The notes: generated by a model not told the origin, from the sequence alone. Positions 17,009-27,014 are shown, counted from the first letter of the stretch. The stretch is 42,325 nucleotides of DNA from Nanobdellota archaeon (GCA_021163365.1 JAGGWW010000042.1:1-42325), one strand, 5' to 3'. Translations and numbers: made by a program.

Positions 17009-18754
17009 ATGAGTAGTTGGGGTGATTTTTTGGATATAAATGCATTGTTTAGCAGAGAGACAAGATTGGAAACATTGGTTGATGGCTGGTATTTGGATAA
17101 AGAAAATAAAGTAATTTATGATTTTAAATGTGGAAGATATCCTTATTCTAAGATTGAAAAATTAGCAAAAGGGTGTAGAGTTATCAATGATGATTGGGCT
17201 GGTTTTATTTTTCCAAATACACCTGGAGTTTTTAAAATAAAAGAAGAAAAAGAGGGTTATGCAATTGTTGAAAATAACGGTTTGCATGTAATTAATTTGG
17301 AAACAATGGTTGTTAGTAGTAGTAGCGTCGATGAAATAATACTTAACTTCAAAGAGCATGATGAAATACAATGTAAAGATGGAATTGTTGCTTTTGTTGG
17401 AGTAGAAAATAATAAAGAGAGAGTTATACTTTTAAAAAATGAAGAAGCAAAAAGCAGAGAATATAATCATATTCCTTTTTTGTGTTTACACAAAGGTATT
17501 GCTTATTTCACAATTAGAGATGAGGAGCGTAGTAGAATTGCATTATTTGATGGAAAAGAAGAAATAATGGGCGTGTCATATAAATACGCTATTCCAGAAG
17601 TTGAAGGAAATAAAGTATTATTCCATATACCGTATGCAAGAAGAGTTTTGCTTTCTAAAGATAAATTAGGTGCAAAGTTAAGCTATTTTAATCATAAGAA
17701 TGAGCTTAAGGGTGTAGGATATTTAATTAAAGAAGGAGATAAAGAAAAAATTTTGCTTGAAAAAGATGGTAAGTTGTTTGAAAGCAAATTACACAATAGA
17801 ATAGTTGAACTAGTTGTAGAAAATGGAACAGCTGGTTTTATTGATAAAAATGAGAATGGGGAGATGGCAATAATATTTGATGGAAGTGAAGAGTTGAAAA
17901 CCAAGCAGTATTTTAAAATTCTTGACTTTGAATTTGAAGATGGTGTTGCATACTTTAGGGCTGTAAGGTTTGACAATGTTAACTATTTTGTTGTTATATT
18001 TGATGGAGATAATGAAATAAAGAGCAAAGAACGTGCTTTTATTAAAGATATTATTTGTGAAAATGGTTTTATAACATTTGCAGCTGAAGACAAAGATGGT
18101 TATAGGGCTGTTGTATTCAATAAAGAAAAAGAAATAGAAAGCGGTGTTCATAAAGATATTGGCAGAGTTAGATACAAAGATGGATATCTTGCTTTTTCAG
18201 CTAAGGATGAAGATAAATGGAGAATAATCTTATTTGATTTGAAAAAAGAAATGGAAGGAGACAGATTGTATGATAAAATTTCTTCTTTGATTGTTGATAA
18301 CGGAGCTGTTGCTTTTGGAGGGCTAGAAGGATATAAGAAAAGGATTATTATATTTAATGGAAAAAGAGAAATGGAAAGCAGTTTATATCCTAAGTGTTAT
18401 CTTGTTGATTTTGAAAATGGCATTGCTTATTTTGTAACTGGAGAAGAAGATAAATGGCGTATGTATTTATTTGATGGGGAAATAGAAATAGGAAGCAAGA
18501 GGTTGTATAATAGAATTGGAAAGATAAAAAGCAAGCATGGTATTGCTTTTGTAGGAACAGAAGGGGATAAGAAAAGGATTGTTGTATTAAATAAAAAAGA
18601 AGAAGTAGAAACTGAGCTGTTTGATGATGTAGATATCTTGGAATTTAAGAATGGTGTTGTTAGATTTAAATATAAAAAAGATGATGTTTGGAAAGAAGGT
18701 TCTATATCAACAAATAGATTTAATCCTTTTAAAAATCTAAGAAAAGTCTTCTAA
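17009..18754 (+). CDS. Beta-strand repeat protein with about 40-aa repeats (track start 16997; ATG 17009 with GGTG SD is more likely)
   Basis: About 10 imperfect repeats of the form (N/D)G..xF.....K.RIILFDG..E..S..Y..I; no signal peptide. Confidence 0.75.
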   Translation: MSSWGDFLDINALFSRETRLETLVDGWYLDKENKVIYDFKCGRYPYSKIEKLAKGCRVINDDWAGFIFPNTPGVFKIKEEKEGYAIVENNGLHVINLETMVVSSSSVDEIILNFKEHDEIQCKDGIVAFVGVENNKERVILLKNEEAKSREYNHIPFLCLHKGIAYFTIRDEERSRIALFDGKEEIMGVSYKYAIPEVEGNKVLFHIPYARRVLLSKDKLGAKLSYFNHKNELKGVGYLIKEGDKEKILLEKDGKLFESKLHNRIVELVVENGTAGFIDKNENGEMAIIFDGSEELKTKQYFKILDFEFEDGVAYFRAVRFDNVNYFVVIFDGDNEIKSKERAFIKDIICENGFITFAAEDKDGYRAVVFNKEKEIESGVHKDIGRVRYKDGYLAFSAKDEDKWRIILFDLKKEMEGDRLYDKISSLIVDNGAVAFGGLEGYKKRIIIFNGKREMESSLYPKCYLVDFENGIAYFVTGEEDKWRMYLFDGEIEIGSKRLYNRIGKIKSKHGIAFVGTEGDKKRIVVLNKKEEVETELFDDVDILEFKNGVVRFKYKKDDVWKEGSISTNRFNPFKNLRKVF

Positions 18755-18762
18755 AAGTTTAG

Positions 18763-18910
18763 TGGGGCGGCAGGGATTTGAAATCCGGCAACCTTCTTTG
18801 AAGGCTGTCCCCGATCAACAGGTCTCTTCAGACCTCTTGCATATCATCCCCAAAGGGTCATCGCTCCATCTTCTGGAGCCTGCCGTTCTGCCTGGTTAAA
18901 CTACCGCCCC
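18763..18910 (-). tRNA. tRNA-Trp(CCA) with two introns: 18824-18872 (49 nt, 37/38) and 18783-18808 (26 nt, 53/54)
   Basis: Acceptor GGGGCGG/CCGCCCC-A, anticodon arm GCAGG-CTCCAG|A-CCTGT, T arm CGGGG|TTCAAAT-CCCTG after removing both introns; both junctions fold as BHB motifs; no encoded CCA end. Confidence 0.93.
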
Positions 18911-18945
18911 ACAGAAAAAACAAAAAAGAAAGTATTAATAAATGT

Positions 18946-19638
18946 TTACATGTAGTCCCTGTAGATTTCTGCAAAAATCCTTGCTGAAAATAAAAGAGAA
19001 TAAAACATAAAGCCAAAGCCAATGAAATACCCAATTAATGGTATTGTTAACAAAGCAAATGAGACAAAAAATAAAACTAAGGATATTACATACGCTTTTA
19101 AGTATGGGATAAGTGCTCTTTTAATCCTTGGCAACATCTCATTTGGAGAGATTGCAAAATGAATGTTTTCACTTGCAGCATACAAAATAATTGAAATTGG
19201 AAGTAAAAATAATGAAATTAATAAAAAGATAAAGCTAATTATACTTAAAGACAAACCAAGGGCATTAAACTTTGGTGTTGTTCCTTCAGCTAATGCTTCT
19301 AAAGGATTGCCAAGTATTGTTGTGCTTGCTGCAGATATAACAATTGGTGGAAGAAGAAAAATAGCAAGTATCGCAAATACACTAATGCCATGCTTAAAAA
19401 ATCTTTTCCAGTTATGGAAAGTAAACCAATGGGGCAATAGGTTGCTTTGCTTTATTGTTTCCCTAATAACTTCAACCATGTAGCCAAATACAAAAATCAC
19501 TGGGATTATTAAGAACCATAAATAATTTAGAATTACCCCAATAAAAAAACTCTTTAAATCAAGAAAAGGGTATTTTGTAGATTCAACATAATCAACCATA
19601 GGTAAATTTATGACAGAAACAAATAAATAATTTTCCAC
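18946..19638 (-). CDS. DUF4013-like multi-pass membrane protein (start uncertain)
   Basis: KYPF..., IIPVIFVFGYMVEVIR, LPHW...W..FFKHG pattern; 4-5 TM helices. Confidence 0.75.
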   Translation of the reverse strand: MENYLFVSVINLPMVDYVESTKYPFLDLKSFFIGVILNYLWFLIIPVIFVFGYMVEVIRETIKQSNLLPHWFTFHNWKRFFKHGISVFAILAIFLLPPIVISAASTTILGNPLEALAEGTTPKFNALGLSLSIISFIFLLISLFLLPISIILYAASENIHFAISPNEMLPRIKRALIPYLKAYVISLVLFFVSFALLTIPLIGYFIGFGFMFYSLLFSARIFAEIYRDYM

Positions 19639-19672
19639 AAAAGATTAAAACAAAAGAGTTCTTTAAAATTAC

Positions 19673-20854
19673 ATGGATGTTTTGGTTGTTGTATTAATAT
19701 GTTTAAGTGCTTCTTTCATAGTTAAAGAGATATTTAAAAAATTTAATTTGCCAGAAGCAATAGGGCAAATAGTTGCTGGGATGATTTTAGGATTACCTTT
19801 TATAAGCAAGCTTATATTTAACTACAGCACTCTTTCTGTTGTTAATTTCTTGTCTGAAATTGGTATAATATTCTTGCTTTTCTTAGCTGGGATACATATT
19901 GATTTTAAAAAACTTAAGGAAACAACAAAAGATGCAACATTGATTGCAATGTTCTCAGCTGCAGTTCCATTTGTGTTGGGTTTTGCGTTTATAAAATTAT
20001 TTGGATATAGCGATATTGTTGCTTTAATTTTTGGTATTGCTCTTTCTGTAACAGCAGAGGGAACAAAAACAAAGGTTCTTATGGATTTAAAAGCACTTAA
20101 CACAAAACTTGGCACAATAATGATAAGTGCAGGAGCAATAGACGATATTATAGAACTTTTTGGTTTAGCAATTGTTGCTGCTCTTTCGCAAAGCACTTTT
20201 AAGAATTTATTTTATATCCCAGTCAATATAATAATTTTTGCAATTTTAACATTTTTAATGTTTAAGTTAATTCCAAGAATAGCAAAGTACATAAAAAGGG
20301 AACCCTCACAAGTTAATGTTTTAACAATTATGTTGATTTTATTGCTTATACTTGCAGTAATATCTGAAATGTTAGAAATAGGTTATTTAATTGGTGCTTT
20401 AATTGCAGGATTTTTAATTCAAATAGCAATAAAGAACTTTAAAGGGGGATATGTTAAAAAAAGCATATTAAGTGCTTTTGAGATTACAGCAATGTCATTT
20501 ATTATTCCATTCTTTTTTGTAAACATAGGGCTTACATTTGGATTTAAGGCTCTTGTTCTTGACCCATATTTACTCATTGGAACAGTTTTCATTGCAATAA
20601 TTGGAAAGATACTTGGAACAATGGCTGTTAAACCATTTAGTTCTTTAAGCTTAAAGCAACTTTATTTAATTGGTTGGGCTATGAATTCAAGAGGCGCTGT
20701 TGAACTTATAATTGCTTTAACAGCATTAAAATTAAAATTAATACCAGCTGAGGTTTTTTCAATGCTTGTAATAACCTCTGTTTTAACAACATTAATGTTC
20801 CCAATTATACTGCAAAAACACATAAAAGAAGATCCAAAGATAATGGATAGGTGA
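19673..20854 (+). CDS. Cation:proton antiporter (CPA2/KefB-like)
   Basis: GQIVAGMILG, LSEIGIIFLLFLAG, GAIDDI, PFFFVNIG, NSRGAVELII; about 12 TM helices. Confidence 0.92.
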   Translation: MDVLVVVLICLSASFIVKEIFKKFNLPEAIGQIVAGMILGLPFISKLIFNYSTLSVVNFLSEIGIIFLLFLAGIHIDFKKLKETTKDATLIAMFSAAVPFVLGFAFIKLFGYSDIVALIFGIALSVTAEGTKTKVLMDLKALNTKLGTIMISAGAIDDIIELFGLAIVAALSQSTFKNLFYIPVNIIIFAILTFLMFKLIPRIAKYIKREPSQVNVLTIMLILLLILAVISEMLEIGYLIGALIAGFLIQIAIKNFKGGYVKKSILSAFEITAMSFIIPFFFVNIGLTFGFKALVLDPYLLIGTVFIAIIGKILGTMAVKPFSSLSLKQLYLIGWAMNSRGAVELIIALTALKLKLIPAEVFSMLVITSVLTTLMFPIILQKHIKEDPKIMDR

Positions 20855-23496
20855 GAATTTTGTGGCACAGCATTAACATTAAAGAGGTTTTTAAGAAATT
20901 AAATTCAAGTGAAAATGGGTTAAGCGAAGATGAAGTAAAAAAAAGATTAAAAGAATTTGGAGAAAACACTATTGAATTAAAAGAAAGAATTTCAGCATTT
21001 AAAATATTCATAAGTCAATTTACAGATTTCTTAATAATCATATTAATAATTGCTGCAATAATATCGTATTTAATTGGGTTTCTTCCAGGAAGAGAACCAA
21101 ATGTTGTTGATTCCTTGCTGATTTTATGTATTGTAATCGCAAATGGAATATTTGGATTTATTCAAGATTACAAAGCAGAAAAAAGTATCCTTGAACTTAA
21201 AAAGCTTTCAACACCATACGCAAAGGTTGTGCGTAATGGAAAAATAAAAGTAATTAACAGCAGGTATATTGTTCCTGGAGACATAATAATTCTTAATCAA
21301 GGAGATATTGTACCTGCAGATGCAAGATTGATTGAAGTTGAGAACCTAAAGGTTGATGAATCAATGCTAACTGGAGAAAGTGTAAGTGTTGATAAATGTG
21401 TTTGTGATTTACCAAAGGATGTAAATCTTGCTGAAAGAAAAAATATGGTTTTTATGAATACTATTGTAACAAAAGGTGGTGCTAAAGCAATTGTTGTTAA
21501 AACAGGTTTAGACACAGAGTTTGGTAAAATTGCGCACTCAATGCAAAAAGCAGAGAAAAAAGAAGCGCCTTTTACAAAAGAAATAAACAAACTTGGAAAG
21601 AAAATTGGTATATTCATTTTAATTTTAATTGCGTTTGTTGCTGGTGTTCAAATTTTACAAGGTAAGTTGGATTTAATTGTTGTTTTTTTAACTTCAATTG
21701 CACTTGCAGTAGCAGCTATTCCTGAAGGGCTTCCAGCAATTATAACTCTTTCACTTGCTATAGGAACAAAAAAGATGTTAAAAAGAAAATCTCTTGTAAG
21801 AAGACTTTCTGTAATTGAAAGTTTGGGTTCTGTTGATGTTATTTGCACAGATAAAACAGGGACATTAACTGAAAATAAGATGACTGTTAAGAAAATTTTC
21901 TTTGATAATCTTGAAGTGGATGTTAGTGGTGTTGGTTATGAAACAAAAGGGAAGTTTACTTCTAATGGAAAAGAAATAAACATTCAAAAAATAAAGCCAT
22001 TGCTTGAAGCAGGACTAATTTGTAATGATACCATTATAACAAAAGAAAATGGAAAAGAAAAGTTCATTGGAGACCCAACAGAAATAGCTTTAGTTGTTTG
22101 TGCAAAGAAAGCAAATATTTTAACTAAATGTAAAAGAGATGGTGTTGTGGAGTTTTCATCTGAAAGAAAGATGATGAGTGTTGCTTGTGTAAAAGATGGA
22201 AAAAGAGTTTTGTATTCTAAGGGTGCGCCAGAGGTAATTATTGAAAAATGTAAATATAAATGGGAAGGTAGGCTTATTAAGAAATTAACCAAAAAAGATA
22301 AAGAGATAATTTTAAACAAAGTAAGTGAATTTGCTTCTCAAGGATTAAGGGTTTTGGCTTTTGCTTATAAGTTGCTAAGGAAAAGCGATAAAGTAAATGA
22401 AGATGTTGAAAAGGATTTAATATTTCTTGGTTTGCAAGCAATGATAGACCCACCAAGAAAAGAGGTTAAAGGAGCAATAGAACTTTGTGAAAAAGCAGGA
22501 ATTAAAGTAAAGATGGTGACAGGGGATAATGTAATAACTGCTAAAGCAATTGCAAAAGAAATTGGAATTGGTACAAAAGCAATTCAAGGAAAAGATTTAG
22601 ATAAATTAAGTGAAGAAAAATTAAAGAAAATTGTTGAAGAATATGATATTTTTGCAAGGGTTTCTCCAGAGCATAAGGTAAGGATATTAAAAGCACTGCA
22701 GTCAAATGAACATATTGTTGCAATAACTGGAGATGGTGTAAATGATGCTCCTGCTTTAAAAAGAGCAGATGTTGGAATATCAATGGGGATTAGAGGAACT
22801 GATGTTGCAAGGCAAGCAAGTGACATGGTTTTGCTTGATGATAATTTTGCAACAATTGTTGAGGCAATTAAACAAGGAAGAACAATTTTTGATAATATTC
22901 GCAATTTTGTAAATTATTTATTAACAAGTAATTTTGCAGAAGTTTTTGTTGTTTTCATTGCTTCTTTATTTGGATATCTTCCAATAACAGCTGTTCAAAT
23001 TCTTTGGATTAATCTATTAACAGATGGTTTTCCAGCACTTGCATTAGGTGTTGACCCACCAAGGAAAGACGTTATGCAAAGAAAGCCAAAAAGAAAAGAT
23101 GATGGGATAATAGATAAAAGGCTTACTTATTTAATTGGTGCAATTGGATTAAAGAAAACAATGATTCTTCTGATTACATTTTTAATTTGTTTAATATCAA
23201 AAGGTTTGGTTTTTGCAAGAAGTGTTGTTTTTACTGGATTTGTTTTATATGAGTTTGTTAGGATTGGTGTTATAAGATATCAAGACAAACTTTCATGGTT
23301 TTCAAATAAATGGTTGTTAATTGCATTAGCAACGTCTATTGGATTACAGCTTTTAGTAATTTACTCACCATTAAACAAAGTGTTTGGTGTTGTGCCAATA
23401 GATTTATTTGGATGGGCTGTGCTTCTAAGTGGTGTTGCAATTGGAGCAATTCTTGCTATTGTAATAACAAAGGTTATAATTAAAATAACAGAATGA
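20851..23496 (+). CDS. Type II P-type cation-transporting ATPase (Ca2+-ATPase-like)
   Basis: TGES, PEGLP, DKTGTLT, KGAPE, GDGVNDAPAL, QILWINLLTDG motifs. Confidence 0.95.
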   Translation: MRILWHSINIKEVFKKLNSSENGLSEDEVKKRLKEFGENTIELKERISAFKIFISQFTDFLIIILIIAAIISYLIGFLPGREPNVVDSLLILCIVIANGIFGFIQDYKAEKSILELKKLSTPYAKVVRNGKIKVINSRYIVPGDIIILNQGDIVPADARLIEVENLKVDESMLTGESVSVDKCVCDLPKDVNLAERKNMVFMNTIVTKGGAKAIVVKTGLDTEFGKIAHSMQKAEKKEAPFTKEINKLGKKIGIFILILIAFVAGVQILQGKLDLIVVFLTSIALAVAAIPEGLPAIITLSLAIGTKKMLKRKSLVRRLSVIESLGSVDVICTDKTGTLTENKMTVKKIFFDNLEVDVSGVGYETKGKFTSNGKEINIQKIKPLLEAGLICNDTIITKENGKEKFIGDPTEIALVVCAKKANILTKCKRDGVVEFSSERKMMSVACVKDGKRVLYSKGAPEVIIEKCKYKWEGRLIKKLTKKDKEIILNKVSEFASQGLRVLAFAYKLLRKSDKVNEDVEKDLIFLGLQAMIDPPRKEVKGAIELCEKAGIKVKMVTGDNVITAKAIAKEIGIGTKAIQGKDLDKLSEEKLKKIVEEYDIFARVSPEHKVRILKALQSNEHIVAITGDGVNDAPALKRADVGISMGIRGTDVARQASDMVLLDDNFATIVEAIKQGRTIFDNIRNFVNYLLTSNFAEVFVVFIASLFGYLPITAVQILWINLLTDGFPALALGVDPPRKDVMQRKPKRKDDGIIDKRLTYLIGAIGLKKTMILLITFLICLISKGLVFARSVVFTGFVLYEFVRIGVIRYQDKLSWFSNKWLLIALATSIGLQLLVIYSPLNKVFGVVPIDLFGWAVLLSGVAIGAILAIVITKVIIKITE

Positions 23497-23620
23497 TGGC
23501 CCCGAGGGGACTTCCCCAACCCTTTCTTTCCACAGGCTTTCTTTTTAAGAAAGGGCTGATTCGAACCCCCGACCTACTGCTTAGAAGGCAGTCGCTCTAT
23601 CCAAGCTGAGCTACGGGGCC
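23497..23620 (-). tRNA. tRNA-Arg(UCU) with a 49-nt intron in the T loop (23511-23559, 59/60)
   Basis: Acceptor GGCCCCG/CGGGGCC-A, D arm GCTC/GAGC, anticodon arm ACTGC-CTTCTAA-GCAGT, T arm GGGGG-TTCGAA|T-CCCCT; the intron ends form a 12-bp stem. Confidence 0.93.
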
Positions 23621-23682
23621 AAGATAACATTATAAATTATGTATTTATAAAGTTTTTAAACATGCTTCTCTTTTAAATTTTC

Positions 23683-26517
23683 ATGGTTAATTTTCAAGAA
23701 ATAGAAAAAAAGTGGCAAGATGCTTGGGAAAGGGAAAAGATTTTTGAAGCAAACCCAAATGAAAAGAGAAAATTCTTTGTTACTGTGCCATATCCATACA
23801 CAAGTGGGCCATTTCACATAGGGCATGGAAGGACGTATACAATTGCAGATATATTTGTTAGGTACCATAGGATGAAAGGTGAAAATGTTCTTTGGCCAAT
23901 GGCGTTTCATGTAACTGGAACACCTGTTTTGGCTATTTCAAGAAGAATAGAAAGTGAGGAAAAGGAGTTTATTAAATTGTTTGAGAGCTATGTTAAGCTT
24001 CATGAAAAAGATGAAACAAAAGTGAAGGAGATTGTTAAAAGCTTTGTTAAACCAGAGAATGTTATGCAATATTTTGCATCTACTTTTATAAAAGATTTTA
24101 AATCACTTGGTTGTTCAATTGACTGGAGAAGGAAATTTACAACAAACGACCCAGAATATAATAAATTCATAGAATGGCAATTTCAAAAGCTAAATGAGCT
24201 TGGATTTATTAAAAAAGGAGAGTATCCTGTTTTGTATTGTCCAAATTGTAAAAATGCTGTTGGAGAGGATGATATAAAAAGCGGAGACCAAATAAAAGCA
24301 GAAGTTGGTGAGTGGCTACTTTGGAAATTTCCATTTGAAGACAAATTTGTTGTTTGTGCAACTTTGCGTCCAGAAACAATTTTTGGGGTTACAAATTTAT
24401 GGATAAATCCAGATGGCGCATATGTTGAAGCAAAAGTTAATGGAGAAATTTGGATAATTAGCAAAGAGGCTGCTGAAAAACTTTTATTTCAAGGAAGGAA
24501 GGTTGAAATCTTAAGAGAATTTCTTGGAAAAGAATTGATAGATAAAAAGGTTAAGAGCCCAATTGAAGATAGGGAACTACCAATTTTAGAAGGAAAATTC
24601 GTTGATACAAAAAGTGGAAGTGGTGTTGTTTTCTCTGTACCAGCTCATGCACCATATGATTGGATTGCTTTACAAGACTTGAAAAAAATTGGTAAAGCTA
24701 AAGATGTTGAGCCGATTTCAATTATTAATATAAAAGGATATTCAGAATTTCCTGCAAAAGATGCTTGTGAAAAATTAAATGTTAAAACTCAAGAAGAAAA
24801 AGAAAAACTTGAGAAAGCAACTGAAGAGATTTACAAAGCAGAATTTTACTATGGTGTTCTAAATGAAAAATGTGGGGAGTTTGCTGGAAAAAGAATTTCT
24901 GAAGTAAAAGAAGATGTTATTAAGGTGTTTAGAAAGCAAGGAAAACTTGATGTTATGTATGATGTTTTTGCAAAAGAAAAACCAGTTTATTGCAGATGTG
25001 GAGGAGAAATCGTTGTTTCAATATTAAAGGATCAGTGGTTTATAGATTATGGTAATGAAGAATGGAAAAAACTTGCAAGAGAATGCTTGAAAAAAATGGA
25101 GGTTATTCCAGAGATTTATAGAAAGTTATTTGAAGACACAATTGAATGGTTACATGAAAGACCTGCTGCAAGAAAAAGAGGGCTTGGAACAAAACTTCCT
25201 TTTGATAAAGAATGGATAATTGAAAGCCTTTCTGATTCAACTATTTATATGGCATTTTACACAGTAATTCACCATATAAGGAAAAACAAAATACAATATG
25301 AAAAACTGACACCAGAATTTTGGGATTATGTGTTCCTTGATAAGGGAGATGTAAAAGAGTTAAGCAAGAAATTAGAAATTGATGAAGATGTTTTAAAAAA
25401 TATGCATGATGAGTTTAATTACTGGTACCCTCTTGATTTAAGACACACAGCAATAGCACATATTACAAATCATTTAACCTTCTTTATATTTAATCATGCT
25501 GCAATATTTCCAAAAAAACATTGGCCAAAGAGGATAACATTAAATGAGTTACTAATTCGAGAAGGGAGAAAGATGTCAAAAAGTTTGGGGAATGTTATCC
25601 CATTAGCAATTGTTCCAGAAAAATATGGAACTGATTTGTTTAGGATGTATATGGCTTATGGCGCTGATTTATCATCTGTTTTTGATTGGAGAGAAACAGA
25701 TGTATCCTCATTAAAAGGAAAGCTTTTGCAGTTCTTTAATATCATCGTAAGTGAAAAAGAAAGCGAATATCTTGAAGATAATGCAACAAAATGGCTTTTA
25801 TCAAGATTTAACAAAAACTTAAAGGAAGCAACAAATGCTCTTGAAAAATATTCTCCAAGACAATATGTGCAAAATGCATTTTTTAACATAATAAATGATA
25901 TAACATACTTTAAAAGAAGGACAAAAAATCGTGGGGTGTTAAAAGAAAAAATATTTCCTAAATGGGTTAAGCTTCTTTCACCTGTAATCCCACATATATG
26001 TGAAGAACTTTGGCAAATACTTGGTAACAAAAGTTTTGTTTCATTAGAAAAATGGCCAGAGTTTAATGAAAATGAAATAAACGAAGAAGCAGAAGCTGGA
26101 GAAGAGCTTGTAAAAAATTTAATTTCTGATATAAATGAAGTCATTAAGCTTGTTGGGAAAGAACCAAAGAAGATTAAGTTGTTTGTTGCTGAAAGTTGGA
26201 AGTACTTACTTTATAAAATTGTAAAAGAAAACGATAAAGAGTTTAAAACTTTGATGAAAAAAGCAATGGAAGAAGATGAGATTAAAAAACATGGCAAAGA
26301 AGCAAGCTCGCTTCTTCAAAAGATATTAAAAGATAGAAGGAAGATTCCTGAATTTTTAATTTCAAAAGAAAAAGAATTTGAGATATTAAAAGACGCAAAA
26401 GAATTTTTAGAAAGCGAGTTTGCATGTAAATTTGAGATTAGTCATAGTGAAGAAAGCAAAGAGCAAAAAGCTAAAAACGCTTTGCCAAATAAACCAGCAA
26501 TTTTGGTGGAAACATGA
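23683..26517 (+). CDS. leuS: Leucyl-tRNA synthetase (archaeal type)
   Basis: PYPYTSGPFHIGH, ATLRPET, SVPAHAPYD, ESLSDSTIY, KMSKS motifs. Confidence 0.97.
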   Translation: MVNFQEIEKKWQDAWEREKIFEANPNEKRKFFVTVPYPYTSGPFHIGHGRTYTIADIFVRYHRMKGENVLWPMAFHVTGTPVLAISRRIESEEKEFIKLFESYVKLHEKDETKVKEIVKSFVKPENVMQYFASTFIKDFKSLGCSIDWRRKFTTNDPEYNKFIEWQFQKLNELGFIKKGEYPVLYCPNCKNAVGEDDIKSGDQIKAEVGEWLLWKFPFEDKFVVCATLRPETIFGVTNLWINPDGAYVEAKVNGEIWIISKEAAEKLLFQGRKVEILREFLGKELIDKKVKSPIEDRELPILEGKFVDTKSGSGVVFSVPAHAPYDWIALQDLKKIGKAKDVEPISIINIKGYSEFPAKDACEKLNVKTQEEKEKLEKATEEIYKAEFYYGVLNEKCGEFAGKRISEVKEDVIKVFRKQGKLDVMYDVFAKEKPVYCRCGGEIVVSILKDQWFIDYGNEEWKKLARECLKKMEVIPEIYRKLFEDTIEWLHERPAARKRGLGTKLPFDKEWIIESLSDSTIYMAFYTVIHHIRKNKIQYEKLTPEFWDYVFLDKGDVKELSKKLEIDEDVLKNMHDEFNYWYPLDLRHTAIAHITNHLTFFIFNHAAIFPKKHWPKRITLNELLIREGRKMSKSLGNVIPLAIVPEKYGTDLFRMYMAYGADLSSVFDWRETDVSSLKGKLLQFFNIIVSEKESEYLEDNATKWLLSRFNKNLKEATNALEKYSPRQYVQNAFFNIINDITYFKRRTKNRGVLKEKIFPKWVKLLSPVIPHICEELWQILGNKSFVSLEKWPEFNENEINEEAEAGEELVKNLISDINEVIKLVGKEPKKIKLFVAESWKYLLYKIVKENDKEFKTLMKKAMEEDEIKKHGKEASSLLQKILKDRRKIPEFLISKEKEFEILKDAKEFLESEFACKFEISHSEESKEQKAKNALPNKPAILVET

Positions 26518-27014
26518 TTTTAACAAGGAATGAAATTTTAAAACTTGTAAAGAGTGGTGAGTTAAAGATAAAGCCATTTAATGAGAAAAATGTTGGAGCT
26601 GGTTCGATTGATTTATCGCTTGATAATAAATTTAGGATTTTTAAAGGAAACCAAAAGGTTAAGATAAGTGAAAAAGTAGATTACAAAAAATTTACAAAGT
26701 TAATTAAGGCGGAAAAAATTGTGTTAAAACCTGGTGAAATTGTTTTAGGTATAACAAGAGAAAAAATAAAATTACCAACAAATATATGTGGGTGGTTGCA
26801 AGGAAGGAGCAGGTTTGCAAGACTTGGGCTTGTTGTTCATGTTACTGCAAGTTTTGTTCAACCCGGCTCTGAAAACAAACAAGTTTTAGAAATAATAAAT
26901 CTAAGTCCAAATGAAATTGAAATCCATGCTGGAGACAAAATCTGTCAATTAATTCTTGAAAAAACAATTGGTAGGGCTAAGTTTAAAGGCAAGTTTGTTA
27001 ATCAGAAGCTTTAA
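26514..27014 (+). CDS. dcd: dCTP deaminase
   Basis: SIDLSL, GRSRFARLGL.VH.TA.FV.PG, LEI.N, GDKICQL motifs. Confidence 0.9.
   Translation: MILTRNEILKLVKSGELKIKPFNEKNVGAGSIDLSLDNKFRIFKGNQKVKISEKVDYKKFTKLIKAEKIVLKPGEIVLGITREKIKLPTNICGWLQGRSRFARLGLVVHVTASFVQPGSENKQVLEIINLSPNEIEIHAGDKICQLILEKTIGRAKFKGKFVNQKL

Noticed and set aside
16997-18763. Provirus or integrated element at tRNA-Trp
   Set aside because: No integrase, no duplicated tRNA 3' end and no viral genes; only one orphan gene.
26998-27014. Tail-to-tail overlap of dcd and alaS (also lrp/protease and trpS/endA)
   Set aside because: Short convergent overlaps are ordinary in compact archaeal genomes.
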